DNA of 64,000 nucleotides from Toensbergia leucococca (Eukaryota). The translations under genes were made by a program, and so were the position numbers. Below the pieces are notes generated by a model. That model was not told the DNA's origin. It ran no database searches and saw only the letters and a list, made by a program, of their open reading frames with translations. The stretch spans positions 1 through 64,000 of the forward strand of contig JALDZS010000077.1 in assembly GCA_022813965.1 (NCBI GenBank), in the 5' to 3' direction. This document shows, in pieces, positions 11,834 through 25,777 of this stretch. Position 1 is the stretch's first letter; each line of letters begins with the position of its first letter.

Positions 11834-14325
11834 TGTTACGGTGCTTTCTCTTAGAGCTAGGGTAGTAGGCAAGGTTAGCTAAGCCAGCAACCCTAAGTGA
11901 CTTGGCATTACCATGATATATCTAGTGGCTTTGCACCTAGATAGCTAGATATCTTCTAATTACACCTAGAATTTAGAATCTCATAAGAGATCCTTACAAA
12001 TAATAGCAATAGTATTTATTGCCATTAAGTTACTCACGATTAACTGAGTACACTATTATTCAACTCACTATTGACTGAGTAGAAGTCTTAAATAATTCTA
12101 CTCATCAAAGAACTATGTTCTTATCTCTAAATTCCTCTATAAGTTGATTGTCTTCTCAACCTATCAGCAACCTCTACATAAACTCAATTCTCTACCTAAA
12201 TTGAATCCGCTACTTAAATTCAATTCTTTATCTAAACCTATGAAAATATTATAACCAACCTACCTTCACAGCCTTTCTTCAGCACTGTTGCTTAAATACC
12301 ACGGAATCAACCATCTAGTATTCCTACAGAGCAACTAAATGAAATAAAAAATTAGTTTCTGACTAACTTCACTGCTATGCAGCAGCAAGCAAACTAAAAA
12401 AGACCCGCAAAAAACACAGCAGAACAAAAACATTAGGACTGTAAACCCTGAGAGCTCAAGGAATCAACTGCTGAAGAAGTAAGATATTTTGAACCTAACC
12501 GTGCAGATACTAATAGAATGTCTACTTCTAGAAGATATACTTTCTATAAAGATGTCTATATGTACATTGATCGCCTCAGAGACCTTGAAAAGGTGCAGAG
12601 AGAAGAGAAACTAAGGAGAGTAATATCACAGACCTTTTAAAGATCAGCAACTAGGTGATACACAGCACTCACTGAAATAAAAAAGGGATTCTTTCAAAAT
12701 GCCCCTTTAGCAGGCTTGTATACTGAAATAATTAAAAGGTTTAACACATGCAAGCAACTGTTCTTTAAGGAACGCTTGCAGGAGTATTACAAGCAGCAAA
12801 AAGAGCATGAGAAACGCAAGGCCATACCTCTCACGTCTCTTTTAACAGCAACACGCATGTTGCAGACACTGCAACTACTTACCTCTGAGCGTTATTTTAT
12901 GAAAAATGCATAATCAGGTAGGATCCCAAAGGTCAATTACTCACGTCAATATAATGATGATAGTGATAGATCTTCTATGGATGATATTATCTCAGGGCGC
13001 TACAAGACATGTGAGCTGAAATTTCTATCAAAAAACCTCATGCACAAGCACATCAGAGAGGCGCATGTGAAGACTAAAGTGTTCAAGCTGATAACTCAAT
13101 CCAAGTTAGCTACATTAAGTCCTTTACTAACATCTACCCCTACACCTTCTGTCATCGTAGTCTCTCTCATTATGACTGTTGCCTCTATTGCACCAACACC
13201 AATAGCTTCTTTTCTCTCATCAACTTCTTCTGTTATTTCAGATAATGAGGACACCTATAGTAAGTTCAGCAAGTTTAGTGAGTTCAGTGAGACCAGTAAG
13301 ACTAGTAAGATCTCTTTTATTTCTAACTTCATTTCTGACTCTATTTTTGACTTTATTTCTGACTCAATTTCTGTTGCAATTTCTGACTCCATGTGTAACT
13401 TCAACTCTGACACTATTGTGACTAGTGTATATGACAATAAAGACACACTAGAAATACTCAAGGTAGCCCTGACTACACCTACAACTCCTGCCGTCACACA
13501 TATCACATATACCTTACCAGCCATAAAACTCATAATCTGAGACCTTTTTTATAATCCATAGGCTCTTATTTCACTAAATAAGCATGAAGATATCACCTTG
13601 AATCCACATACTAAATGGGATCTATCTTTAAAATCAAAAATATGACTTCTAGGCACAAATTCATGCACCTAAATCAATTTAAAAGCACAAGGAGATAAGG
13701 TAGCATTTTGGCTTGCAAAAATACAAGAATCCTTAGTGACTTGCAGGCACGTCAAAACATCATAATTGACTACCCTGCGTAGGGAAATTGCGGCGCACCT
13801 ACCTAATAAATCTCATGAATCCCTAACTATTTGCAAGCGTGCAAATTAATTCAGATTAATACCTCAAAACCTGACCACTTCCTACAAAGAATCAGTCACT
13901 GTTTTGCCTATAAAATCAGTCAAATCTCTAGTACCTACTCTGAGTTTTAAATCCAAGAATCCTCACCTTTAAGCACCTTACTATTGTCATCACAATCTGA
14001 ATAGACCATGGAGAAATACAAGCATGAGTCATAAGGGCAAGGAACTAAATACTATCACCCGCTGCCTTCAGCCTACATCTATTTATGACATGCCTTTTAT
14101 ATGAAAAGAATTATAAACAATTTATGAGAGCATGAAGTAATTTTTTGTGGGGGGCAATATTGTTACAGTGCTTTCTCTTAGGGCTAGGGTAGTAGGCAAG
14201 GTTAGGTAAGTCAGCAACCCTAAGTGACTTGACATTACTACAGTATATCTAGTAACTTTACACCTAGATAGCTAAACATCTTTTAATTACACTCAGAATT
14301 CAGAATCTTATAAGAGACCCTTACA
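11834..14325 (+). mobile_element. Non-autonomous mini-LTR retroelement (2492 bp; gag-like plus C2H2 finger, no RT/IN) nested in the Gypsy element
   Basis: 165-bp TG..CA LTRs at 11834-11998 and 14161-14325. TSD AAAAA. PPT 'gtggggggc' just before 14161. Gag-like EEVRYFEP..YKDVYMYIDRL..RSATR*YTAL. Finger-like YKTCELKFLSKNLMHKHIREAH. Confidence 0.88.
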
Positions 14326-15049
14326 AAAAAGCTGCCTTTTATTCAACACTAGTGTACTAAGACCTTAAGCATACACAATATTGTTAGAAAAGAGTAAGTT
14401 TTTATTACTCAAGGTTGTTGACAGTGATCTGATGAGGTATAAGTAAGATAATGAGTTAGTGAAGAAAAAAGAGTAGATATGGTAGTGTTACTTACTTAGC
14501 GGGTAAATAATTGCTTAGTTAGTAGCTTAACTCCTTTTCTTAGTCTTACTTATTGTTCATCTCAATTGAATTGCATTCAGTAACACCTAATCACAGCTGC
14601 TGTCATGTTTAGTATCTTTAAGCTGTGTTCTTGAGTTAAGTGCAATTCTAGTCTATATTTTTCATTGATTCAGTTTACTTTCATATTACCTTTTTCATAA
14701 ACCTCTGAGGTAATTATCTTAAGATCTTCTTTGTTTTTCTCATGCTATTATGCGTTTACCTTCATGTTATTTATTCTTGTTTATACCTTATTTGACAGCA
14801 TTCTCTGACCCTTTGCCTGACTGAATAGCGTTAATCAAAGACAGGTTTAAGCTATGTTTAAGGTTTAGCTTGATTGCACTTTATCTTTTTGATCCTCAGA
14901 TTCAGTTTACCTTTATGTCACCTTTCTCATTAACCTCTGAAGTTATTTCCTCAAGAATATACAAGTGATTATGAGCTTAACGTCATTCTGAGATAATGAA
15001 AGCCTATGACTTCTGATTACATTTTCATTCTTTCTGCATGATTCAATAT

Positions 15050-18000
15050 ATCAGGACCTCTTCTTCATGTTTTAATCTGAAGTACCCTTCTCATAGTCAA
15101 AAAGCTTGCATGTAATCTTTATAATACATGTTTGAGGAAGGTTTTTCATTTAATCTTCATAGTGTGTATGAGGTCTTGTGCTCTCCTTTATAGCTGGTAA
15201 CTATATATGGTTCAGTGTTTTAAGAAAAGAGTTTTTCAAGATGAGGAGTTGAATCTCATAGCAAGATTAGGTCATCAGGCGCAAAGGACTTTAAAGTAAC
15301 TCTGCAATCATATTATTGCTTTAGCTTGTCTTTTGACTTCATGATTTGACTATAGGTGTCCTCTCTCACATTGACTCTCTGCGTTATAAACTTTCAAATA
15401 ACCTGAAGTTAATCCTTGTCATAATTGACATTAAGTTTATCATTTAATCTTTCCTCCTTACAATCCTTAAAATCTACATTTATAATCAGCGTTCCTTTAT
15501 CTGTTTGAGAGAGTATAACACACTTTTCTTCTTTATCATTGATAAGCTTTGTTTTACACTCAGCTTGACGGTAGTTAGAGTTTTTACAATGATAGTTAGA
15601 CCTTCCTTTGTTTATGCGTAGACTTGTTGATATATCTTTAACTTTAAACACAATTTTTATGAGTGAGTAACTCAGATAATCAATCAATCTGAAATTTATG
15701 CTTGACAAATAGTAACTTAATGCTTTGTCTCATTTCAGCGTTAAGAACATGATCCTTTTAAACGCTTGTTGTAGTATTTTGTTTAACCTTTCTATTATGC
15801 TCACAGATTTGTGCGCAGCTGCAGGTGCAAATTTCATTGTAATTTTAGTTTCCTTGCAGTAATTCTTCATGATCTTATTATTAAAATGCGTTCTGATATT
15901 CAAATAAATAGCTGCTGATCTTAAAAATCTTAAGAAAGTTCTTCTCAGTAATGTTATCATTTCTCTGATTGAGGCAGATAAAAGTGATGTTAATATTATG
16001 AACCTGAAAAAGTAGTCAATCATGTTAAGAATGTATTGATTTTTAGCCTTAGTAATATTAAACAGTCTTATAAAGTTCATACTCAGAAGATTAAATGATT
16101 TCATTGCTGTAATTGATTTCAAAGATTGACTTCTCTAACTGTGTGCTTATTTAACACAGGCTATACATTCTTTCATATAGTCCTTTATGTCTTCTGCCAT
16201 CTTAGGTCAGTACACTTAATATCTTAACTTGTTCAGAATTATCTTTGAAGAAAAGTGTCTTATCTTATCATGTGTGTTAGTCAGAATTGATGATACTTCT
16301 TCTCTAATAATTGAGATCATTCATAGATTTTCAATTCTATGTAATAGGTGGCCCATTATTGCATCAAACCTGTAGTTTTGTAGTGTTCTCTGAAACGCCG
16401 CTATTCTTATCTTGTTTATAAGGCTTGAGCCGCAATTTGTATAGTACATGTAGATTTGTTAAAATCATGATTCTAACAGGTACAAATCTGAATTAAACTT
16501 ATTAACTTTGTTGAGTTTATTGAGGTTTTAATCATGAGAATCACATTCAGACCTTTCCTCTTTTTACAGCGCTTTAAACAAAGTTCAGCTCACTAAACTT
16601 TTTATTTTCTCAAGCTTCTTCTTATAACCCTCTTTTTCAGTCTTTCAAATTTAATCACAGGCGCTTTCAGGTTCTTGTTTCTCAAGGTTCACTAGATTCT
16701 TAATCTAAGAGGTCAGTAAACAATTTTTATTGTGAAAGATAGTTCTAGAGAGTCTGTCTGCTGCCATGTTTTATTCCTCTTTTATGTGTTTAATTTTAAT
16801 ATTTATTATTCTAAGTCATATTACTTATTGAGCGTATATATCTTTATGAGTCTCAGAGTTGATGAACTCAACAGAGAGTTTGTAATCTATAAATATAGTT
16901 GATGTAATTAAGCACTCAAAAAATGCCAGAATTTTTTTATAAACTGAATTATTGCTTGAAGTTCTCACTTGTATGTGCCATATGACCTTTCAGGTTTAAA
17001 GAACGTGAATGAGTCATAATATAGGAGCCTCTCTTCTCAATCTTAAATTTATAATATAAAGCATCTGACAGCAAACTCTGAGGCGTCTAAAAACATTCAT
17101 ATAGATAGATTTAGGTCTCACCTAAATATCTTTACTTTAATGACATATAATTGACGGAGTAGAAGAAATGACAATTCCTCAGATTTAAATCACCTCTATG
17201 TCACCTTTTCTGTGAGTCTCTAAAGTGATCTCACAATCTCAGTGAACAATTTTACTTATCTTTGAACTTTCTGACACATATCTAAAAATCCTCATACTTA
17301 ACTCATATCTTAAGGGACTGATCATTCTAATAGCTTGACTATGTTCTATGACTTTATTAAGATTGCTCTGTCAATTTCAGGAATTTTTCTCAGTGTTAAC
17401 ACCTTTATTATAAATAATAACAGTTTGAAAAATGACAAACAAAGCTTGACTCACATAAATCTGAGTAGAAAGTGATCTTTTAGAAATGTGTACTGCTTTT
17501 TAAATGAGTCATGTGTCACAAAACTATTATTAATATAAAATGCTATTCTGATGACTGATCTTATGTTCTTACTTTCTTCCCCATTCTCATAAATTAGTAA
17601 GGGTTTAGGGTTTGACTCTGATATTGACCTCAAGATAATGTTTATTAGTTCAGTAAAAGTAAATAAGAATGTCTTTGTGCTCTGCGGCATTCTAGTCAGC
17701 TGAAGTTGACTTATTTTAGATATATTAAATGTCAAATAGTGCCTATTGTTTAAATGCACTTCAACAGCTCAATAACTGTGCTTTATGTCAAATTGTCTAA
17801 GAGTCTTATATGAAAGGTTGATTAGCAGGTCATGAATATGAGTCATCAGCTTCATATAACTGACTGATTTTTCTTCAAAGACAAAGTGATAATTAAATGT
17901 CAATCTTGACTGTACCTGACCTTTCTTTAATATCAATACAGGCGCAGCGTTTCATAGTGATAGCTTTCTGTTTGCTGTTATTATTTACTCATACATTTTA

Positions 18001-21000
18001 GCCTCTATTCTCTCTTTAATGATCTTTTTATATTATCATTCTTTATTATTTGCGTACCTTCTTTGACAGAAATTATGTGGTTCAATTCCTTCCTTAAGAA
18101 CTATTCTATGTATGACTAAGTCTGTAAGAAGTATTCTGTTTAGTGACTTTGCATTTAGTTTGCAGTAATTTTATAATAGTTTAAAAACCTTTAATTTTAA
18201 TGCCTCATCTGAAATGACCTTATCTAAAGTCAACTTCTTCTCTTTAACTCACTTATTTAGAAATTCAAGACTCTTTGAATTGTTTATTTCTTTTCTTACA
18301 ATCCTTTGTGATATTGAGAAATTTTAATGTTAGTTCTCTGTACCTATGTATGTTTTTGCTTCTGCTTAAAAAACTTCATGTGATAATTCAGAATTAGGTT
18401 GATGTGACTGCTGAGCTGATATAATAATAGTTTCTTTGCTTTGAGTTGTACGCTCAATACGTTTCTTTTTACAAAGACAAACCTCTTCTTCTTAACTTCT
18501 GCTTTTAATGCCTTCTTTAATATTTCTTTGTTGTTGTCTCAGATGTAATAAGCATATATATATTTTATTACATCTACATTTAAAATAATCATTCAAGTCT
18601 TCTGCTGATAGGTTATACGTTCATCTTATGATTAAATCAGCATGTCTGATTTTAAAATTATGTTTCTGAATTCAGTCCGCCTTCATGTCACCTTTTCTGT
18701 AAACCTCTGAAGTAATTTTCTCAAAATCTTGCTCTTTATTTTTGTCAATACCTTATCTGATAGCATTCTCTAACCCTCTGCCTAACTGAATAGCGTTAAT
18801 TAAAGATAAGCTTGCAAGTAATTGTAAGTTTAACGTCATCCTGAGACAATGAAAGCCTACTGAAAACAAGACTTAGTATTAATATTGATAAAGTTTAATT
18901 TTATTTCTTTGTCTAAGGTCTTGTCATCTTTATCCTTGTCACTTGACTTCACATCATCAGAGTTCAAGTCTGATTTAGAATTTAACCTTATCAAGGCTCT
19001 CTCATTGACAAATTTCAGTCCTTGTAAAGGGTATGTCAGCAATGCCTTACCCTGAATTTTTATAACTTCTTTATTGAACTGCTTGTCTCTTATATACAGG
19101 ATCAATTCTCAGACATGAATTTTTGCATCTACACTACTCAATTATGAGAGACTGAGGAGAAAGCTAAGGCTCTTACTTTTCTCTGATAATACAAAGGCTT
19201 ACACATGTTAGTCATTTCTGTGAATCTAAATACAAAACTTTGTTTAGTAATTCAGTTCAGTCTTTGTTCTGTCAGCTACTGTCATGCTCAATATCTTCAG
19301 GTCAAGTTTCTGAGCTGAATGCAATTTTAGTTCTAGGTGTTTTATCAACGGTAAATAGATAACATTTATATCAGACTCTTGATCAGCCGTGCAATAATCT
19401 TTTTGCATAAAACAATAAGTTCTGTCTTTCTTTTAGATAATAATATTGACTCTAAAGGCCCTCATGATTCTTATTATCATTGCTATAATGTCTTGCTTTG
19501 ATGTCAGTTTTAAAGCTAAAATTAGACTTTTCTTAATTGTGAGTTGAGCTTTCAAATTATCATCTACATGTCTTAGCAGTTGATGCAAGTCTACCTTGTT
19601 TGCTTGAGGTGTATAGATCTGACTGAGGCCTAAACGTTAAGAGTCAAGCTCTAGAGTATTAAATTCCTGACATGCAGGTTCTTTTTCTATCCTCACTGCC
19701 TTCTTTCATTGAACCTTCATAAGCCTTGCTGTCTTATCTCTACAAAGCAGCAAAATTTGTCATAGAAACAAGGTAAATAGCATGACTTTTATGTTTATTC
19801 ACAAATCTTTAAAGTTTAGTGAGAGTTGTCTAATTAACTTAACAATCTTTACTAATTTCTTCTTCTTACTGACTCTTTTTACTGAGGTCTTCATCTTTTA
19901 ATTAGCAGTAAGATTTTTCAGTGTTGAGTTTATAATGTTTTAATGAAGATCTGAGGTCTCTTAAATAATTCTTTAGTCAAGGCATTTAGACTTACTTCCT
20001 TAACTTTTAGGGTTAAACTATTGCATCTGAGATCATCACTTATATATGCAGGGTTAAAGGACTTAGAAGTCAATAAGGTCTCTTTAGTCTTAGATAAAGG
20101 GTATATTTTATCATATAGATCTCTTATACTAATAAATTCTTCTTTAGGGTCTTCAGCATCAAAGATCATCAGGTTACTTTCCCTCACACTTCCTTTCTCT
20201 GAATCACTCTTATATAGATTTCTGATGACTTCTTTTTTATTTCTGAACAACAAGGCCTTGTTACATTCAAAACTTTTATGTTTAGGTGTGCTGCAATTGA
20301 AGCATATTGAGTTTCTAAATGACACTGTGTGCGTGGTCTTATCATTAACATATAAGTTAAAAGAAGTCTTAGAATTATAATTGAGATTAAGGCTGTAGTT
20401 TTTATAATTTCTTTGTCTTTAATTTCTAATAGACAGTGAAGGCAAAGAAGGTGGCAGCAAAGTGAGCAATGACAGGTTAGTCTCTGAAGTTTTTGCTGTG
20501 ACAGGCAACAGTAATAGTGCGTACTCTAAAGATAAAGGAAACACTATATGAGCATGAGACTGAATCTGTTCTTATCCTCTCATGTAATTTTGTCAGTTGC
20601 TCAAAGTCAGTCTTAACTCCCTAACATTCTGTGATGTGTATATTATATCAGTTATTCAGTCTTCTGAATTTATTGATAAGACATAGTTGTCATGTTTAAT
20701 GTTAATGCTGATTGAAATATTCAGTGACATTTGATAAAGTTAAGTCAGTATGCTTTGTACAGTTTATATATTGAATTTGATAATTTTATTGCTATAAATC
20801 AAATTATCTCTCAGATCTTTCAATAACTTAAATTCTTGTTTCTCTTAAAGTTAGTAGACACATTGCTCTTTGACCTTTAGCTGATAGGCTTTCACTTGAG
20901 TAAGGTTGATGACTTCTCTTAAACTCCTCAATAAATCAGCAGTATATTATAACAATTATATACTCAGATCTGAGTTTTTCAATCTATTGATGTATCTATC

Positions 21001-21560
21001 AATTATTAAGTTTAAGACTAATTATTTTAGTAAGCTAAGCTTGTCATTTTGATTCTTTCTATCTGTCACTGACTGCTAGTAGTAGATTCTCAGTCCTTTG
21101 ATAGTATTTTATGATTTCTTTATCACTCTTCTGAGTGAAGGACTGTAACATCAGCATCAAATCAACTTCCTTATTAGAGTCATTGAGATTGAATCTTAAT
21201 ATTATTAATCCTTTAAATTTTCTTATATCTTTATTAGTGACATTGTCAATGTATGAGTCCTTAAGCATATTTCAGATTGTAAGGGTTTTGTTGACTTATT
21301 TGACTGCTTCTCTTAAAAGTCAACTATTTACAGCTTTAAGTCATGCGCTTAAAGAAGTAACATCTTGCAGTTCTTCTTTTAGTACTTGTATTTATTGCTT
21401 TGCCTTACTGTTCTTCTCATTATATTTGGTTCAGGTCTTTTTTATAATCAATATCTTGAGTAACTCTAACAAGGTTTTAGATTCTGTCATTGATGTAGGT
21501 TCTGAGAATGAGAAGTTAAAGTTTTATAAAGTTAAAAGTTATATTAGTGATTCATGCAGG
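15050..21560 (-). pseudogene. Gypsy gag-pol remnant
   Basis: Knuckle CFNCSTPKHKSFEC (~20290); protease CTADQESDINVI (~19380); RT FDIKHSY*AV..RMPQS..FYINNSF (~17790-17520); RNase H FYKT/YDSFTF..ERSYGTYK (~17000); integrase H..H..CIAC (~16270-16155) and IDYFFR..SVSIIERLNKIL (15730-16122). Bounds approximate. Confidence 0.9.
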
Positions 21561-22450
21561 TCTTCTGTTATAATAAGAAGTTAAGTTCAAAACTTGAAAA
21601 TGACTTATTCTATAGTAAAATAACAATCTCAGGTAGCTCTTTTAACTAAAATTAAGGACTGATTGAGAATAAAACAAGAACAAACTTAAACAATAATATG
21701 TTTAAGGGTAGAATTAAGAACAAGCTTAAACAATAATATGATTAAGGATAGAATAAGGACAAGTAATAATAAAGTCACGTGCTTAGTCTCACTGCTGAGA
21801 CTTGAGTCTCTCTTGAGCAACAGTAGAAGAAGATAAGAAAAACATATACTATGCTGAGGACTCTGCACAGATGTACAGCGTCAACAGATGCTTGAGATAA
21901 AGTCATAAATGTAACAATGCAAGCAATAACAAGGTCAAAGGTATAGTCTTGTTGCTAAGACTTTGAAATCCTTATTAACAACCATAGTACTGAGTAAGAA
22001 GCAGGCACACAATGCTGAGGACTCAACGTAGATGCACAGCATAAACAGATGCTCTTAAAGAGAGTCAATAATAGAATAATGCAAGCAACAACAAAGTTAA
22101 ATGTCTTGTGAACTGATGAGGAAAATAACTTGAGAAAAGGTTGAGCAAGTGAGAAAGCCTCAAAGTAATGAAGTGTAATAAAAGGTGAAGTGAATACTTA
22201 ACAATAATGACATAATCTTTTAGTAAGACTTAGCTTGCAAAGTGCAACAGTGCAAGTAATGATTCTGAATTTTGAGATGATTATTTCTAGTTAGAATCAT
22301 AATCTTATAAGAAGTTTAAAGTTAATTGTTCAGATCTGAATGATAGTTCTAAAAGTAGTACTGATTATTTCTGATTCATCTAGAATCCTGAAAGTAGTAG
22401 TGAGTAGTAAATAAGACTGCAGCCTTGTTTAGAACCTGAGCACAACCTTC

Positions 22451-22720
22451 AGAAAGATACAATCAGTTTATAGGTGCAATAATATAATTGAGAATCATAG
22501 TTAACTTATAAGATCTTTCTATCTATTAGCTAAAGGTCTTATCCTTAAAAAACAGGAGGTAAAAAGATAATAGATTTCTGAGCTAAAAACTGACTACTTA
22601 AGTAGCTATTATTATATAATCTAGCGTACATGTGTAAGTCTGAATTCCTAAAATTCTGAGCACATGCCTTTGAGGCCCTCAGTCTTTTAATTTCTCATTT
22701 TCCTGATCCTTGCTCTAACA
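22451..22720 (-). repeat. 5' LTR of the Gypsy element
   Basis: Direct repeat of 9226-9524; followed by ACTGA. Confidence 0.9.
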
Positions 22721-23925
22721 ACTGAGATCATTAATAGAGTATTATATATTATGCTTATTATCTTAGCCTTTTTACTTAATTAAATATTTTACTTTACTCT
22801 AAACAGGTAATTTGCTCAGCAGGTATTTAATTTCATAAGAATCATTATTCTGATTATCTTCATTTTCTATTACCAGTGATGATTCTGATTTTCTAACATA
22901 ATTATATAAATTTAAACTAAGGTGAGATTTTAATAAACTTATAGAGATTATAGAATAAATTATTATTTAAGAAGAAAGATTTAAGTAACAGATTAGAGCT
23001 TTAACTTTTTCTATTATCTTAAAAGAATCAACTCTCTGTTAAGATAGTTTGTAATTTTCTAGATCAGATATTATGTATCTCTAATAAAGGCATAAAAAGA
23101 CTTTAGATTCTTTAAAGATTTTAGTCATAATGTAACAGCTGTTATATCTAACTTTTATAGTAATGTTAATAAAGAAGACAGCTATTACTATTAAGGTAAA
23201 TTCAATAAATTTAAGGAATTTAATAATTTTAACTGTAAAGCAGTGACTTGAGAGAATTTTAATGATTTGACTTTAACTTTAACTGACTTTTTGTTTGTAG
23301 TGTTAAATAAGACTATGAGAAAATTAGAATCAATAAGCTTATTAAATATTACTTTCTCAGCTGAAATTTATCAGCATGCAGGTGTATGCAGATATATGTG
23401 CTTATGTTATATTAGGTACTTTAGTGAGATGTTTTAGCGTTGTTATTGTGTTGACAGCATGCCTGTGTTAACTTAACACCAAAAGCGTGCCTGTTTTGAA
23501 CTAAGACCCAAATATAGTTAGTTCTTTGCTTAAAGTCTGTGTACTTATCCTGTCTCTCACACAGACTTTAGATAGCATCTAACATCTATACTAGCATTCA
23601 CAATTCTATTAGTTCCTTCTGACAACATTGCACAGATGTTAGTTAGTCTCTCTAAGAAAGGTTCAGTAAATAATAGTTTAGTTGAGAGCTGATTCACTAA
23701 TTCAGAGATAGCATCTAAAAAGGTATAAAGATCTTAATAAAACTATACTTTATTTAAAACTTAACTCTGAGATCAAACAACTGTTTAAAGTTTTAGACTT
23801 ACAGACTCAGCAGACAGTAACTTAAATTAAGAGACACAGCCTGTTACTGAGATAAGTTGTAATCATGCCAAGGTATGATCATTTTGTTATTTCATCTAAA
23901 TCCTTCCTGTGAAAGGTTTTACCTT

Positions 23926-25777
23926 TAGTGCTCATTAGCTCAACGTTACTATCACCTCAACATTATTTTTTATGACAAACAACTCATTATATTTAATCAT
24001 TTATCATACATTAATGCAATGTCTTATTCTTATTATCACGTAGAGAAGAGAATAATAGAGGCCTTAGACATGTATAACAATAATGATTATGCATCTGTAA
24101 AAGCTGCAGTGATAGATTTTGATCTACCCTCTCATTAGCTTCAAAGGTGTGTAAAAGGACTCTCTTCTAAATCTACACAATCACAGATCAACCTATGTCT
24201 AAATAAAGCTTAGAAATCAGCTATTATGCAGTATATTAAATGATTAGATAAGATTAATATGTCTCATAGGATTTCAATAATTCATAACACTGCAAATTAT
24301 CTCTTATTACAGAGACATTCTGATCCCTCCTCACTATCAACAATCAGTTCTTTATGGGTATTCTGCTTTATCAAACGTCATCCTGAGCTTTTTAAACGCA
24401 AGCAAATGTTTATAGCTGTGAAGTGTGCAAATGCAAAGGATTCTGTTTCCTTAGGCCTACGTTTTGATGCCTACAATGCCGTGTGAGTAGAAAAAGGGAT
24501 TCAGGACGCAGATACATAAAATATGAATGAAACAGGCTTTCACATAGGCTATAACCAAAGACATTGAGTTGTTTCTTTATATAAGGTCTCTTCTATACAG
24601 CTTCATGATTCCGAGAATAGAAAGTATATCTCTAATGCTGAATGCATCAACGCTGTCAGCAATAGCATTCTGTCTATGCTTATTTTTCCCGGCAAGCAAG
24701 TTCTACACAGCTGAGTTCAGAAAAATGATCTAGATGTTAAGATTGTTTTTTGTACAAGTGATTCTGACTATTCTAATAATGAGATAGCCCTGCATTAAAT
24801 TAAGCATTTTGAACAGCATAGTAAGAAATATCAGATTAGTGCATAAAGACTTCTTATTGTAGATGGGTACAGATCTTATCTAACAATACAATTTCTAGAC
24901 TTTGTTACAACATATAACATTGTTCTATTTAGATTACCTTCTCATTCTACACATCTTACGCAGTTATTAGATGTAGGCCTTTCTCAGTTATTTGAACATT
25001 ATTATTTAGAAGCAATTGATAATTCTATACACATTAGTAGCACAGAATTTGAGAAGCTTGATTTTCTGTCAGTTTTTCAGCAAATGCACAACAAGGCCTT
25101 TAAGAAATCATTTATTATCAATTCCTTCAAGCATACCGGCTTAGTTTTATTTAGTTTAAACTGGGTCTTTGAAAAGATTAAAGAAAAACAAGCTTACCGG
25201 TCAAAAACACCTTTTAGATCAATAGACAACAATTCTTTTGCAATATTATATACAACAAGACAGATTGTTAATAATAAATTTCTATTAAAAGCAATGATCA
25301 AAGAGTCTTCTAATATCTCTTAAAGATATCAAGCCTTAGTTGTACACTATCTTAAAGAATCTATTGTTATTTCTCATAAGAAGGATATTATAGAAGAGGA
25401 GCTCCAGGAGGCAAAATCTCAGGCAATTGTTAAGGCCTCATGCAAGAAATTAAAGGGAAATGCTGCTCAGAAGGGCGGTGTTATATCTGTAAAGAATATA
25501 CAGGCTATGATGATAGAACATGTTAAAGATGAGGTGATGAAGGCTAGAAACACTCTTTACTATTATAATATCAAGGAGGCAAAAAAGGCTGCAAAGGCAG
25601 CAGAACGCACTGCTATTGATAAGAGAAAAGCAGTTACAAAAGCTAAAAGAGAAGCAAAGGAATTGACTAAGTCAGAAAGGGTTGCTTATCTTGCACTGTT
25701 GATAGAATAAATGATAAAGTTCAATTGTATATATTAGTGACATTGAGGTAATAGTGACGTTGAGCTAATGAGCACTA
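23926..25777 (+). mobile_element. Fot1/pogo-type (Tc1-mariner superfamily) DNA transposon, ~1.85 kb, RIP-degraded
   Basis: ~36-bp TIRs tagtgctcattagctcaacgttactatcacctcaa / ttgaggtaatagtgacgttgagctaatgagcacta with TA ends; contains a DDE_1-type transposase remnant. Confidence 0.92.
24019..25710 (+). pseudogene. pogo/Fot1 transposase remnant (HTH + DDE_1)
   Basis: WVFCFIKRHPEL, NMNETGFHIG, RLLIVDGYRSY, LPSHSTHLTQLLDVG, NSFKHTGL, with internal stops. Confidence 0.9.

Larger units (their letters stand above)
9226..22720 (-). mobile_element. Ty3/Gypsy LTR retrotransposon, full length, RIP-degraded, with a nested insertion
   Basis: LTRs 9226-9524 and 22451-22720. 5-bp TSD ACTGA at 9221-9225 and 22721-22725. 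PPT (gaggtagaga on minus) next to 9525. Order gag-PR-RT-RH-IN on minus. Confidence 0.93.

Noticed and set aside
22430..22450. Tf1-type self-priming PBS
   Set aside because: The match to the LTR (ctgagcaca) is a direct repeat, and the complementary match is too short to support.
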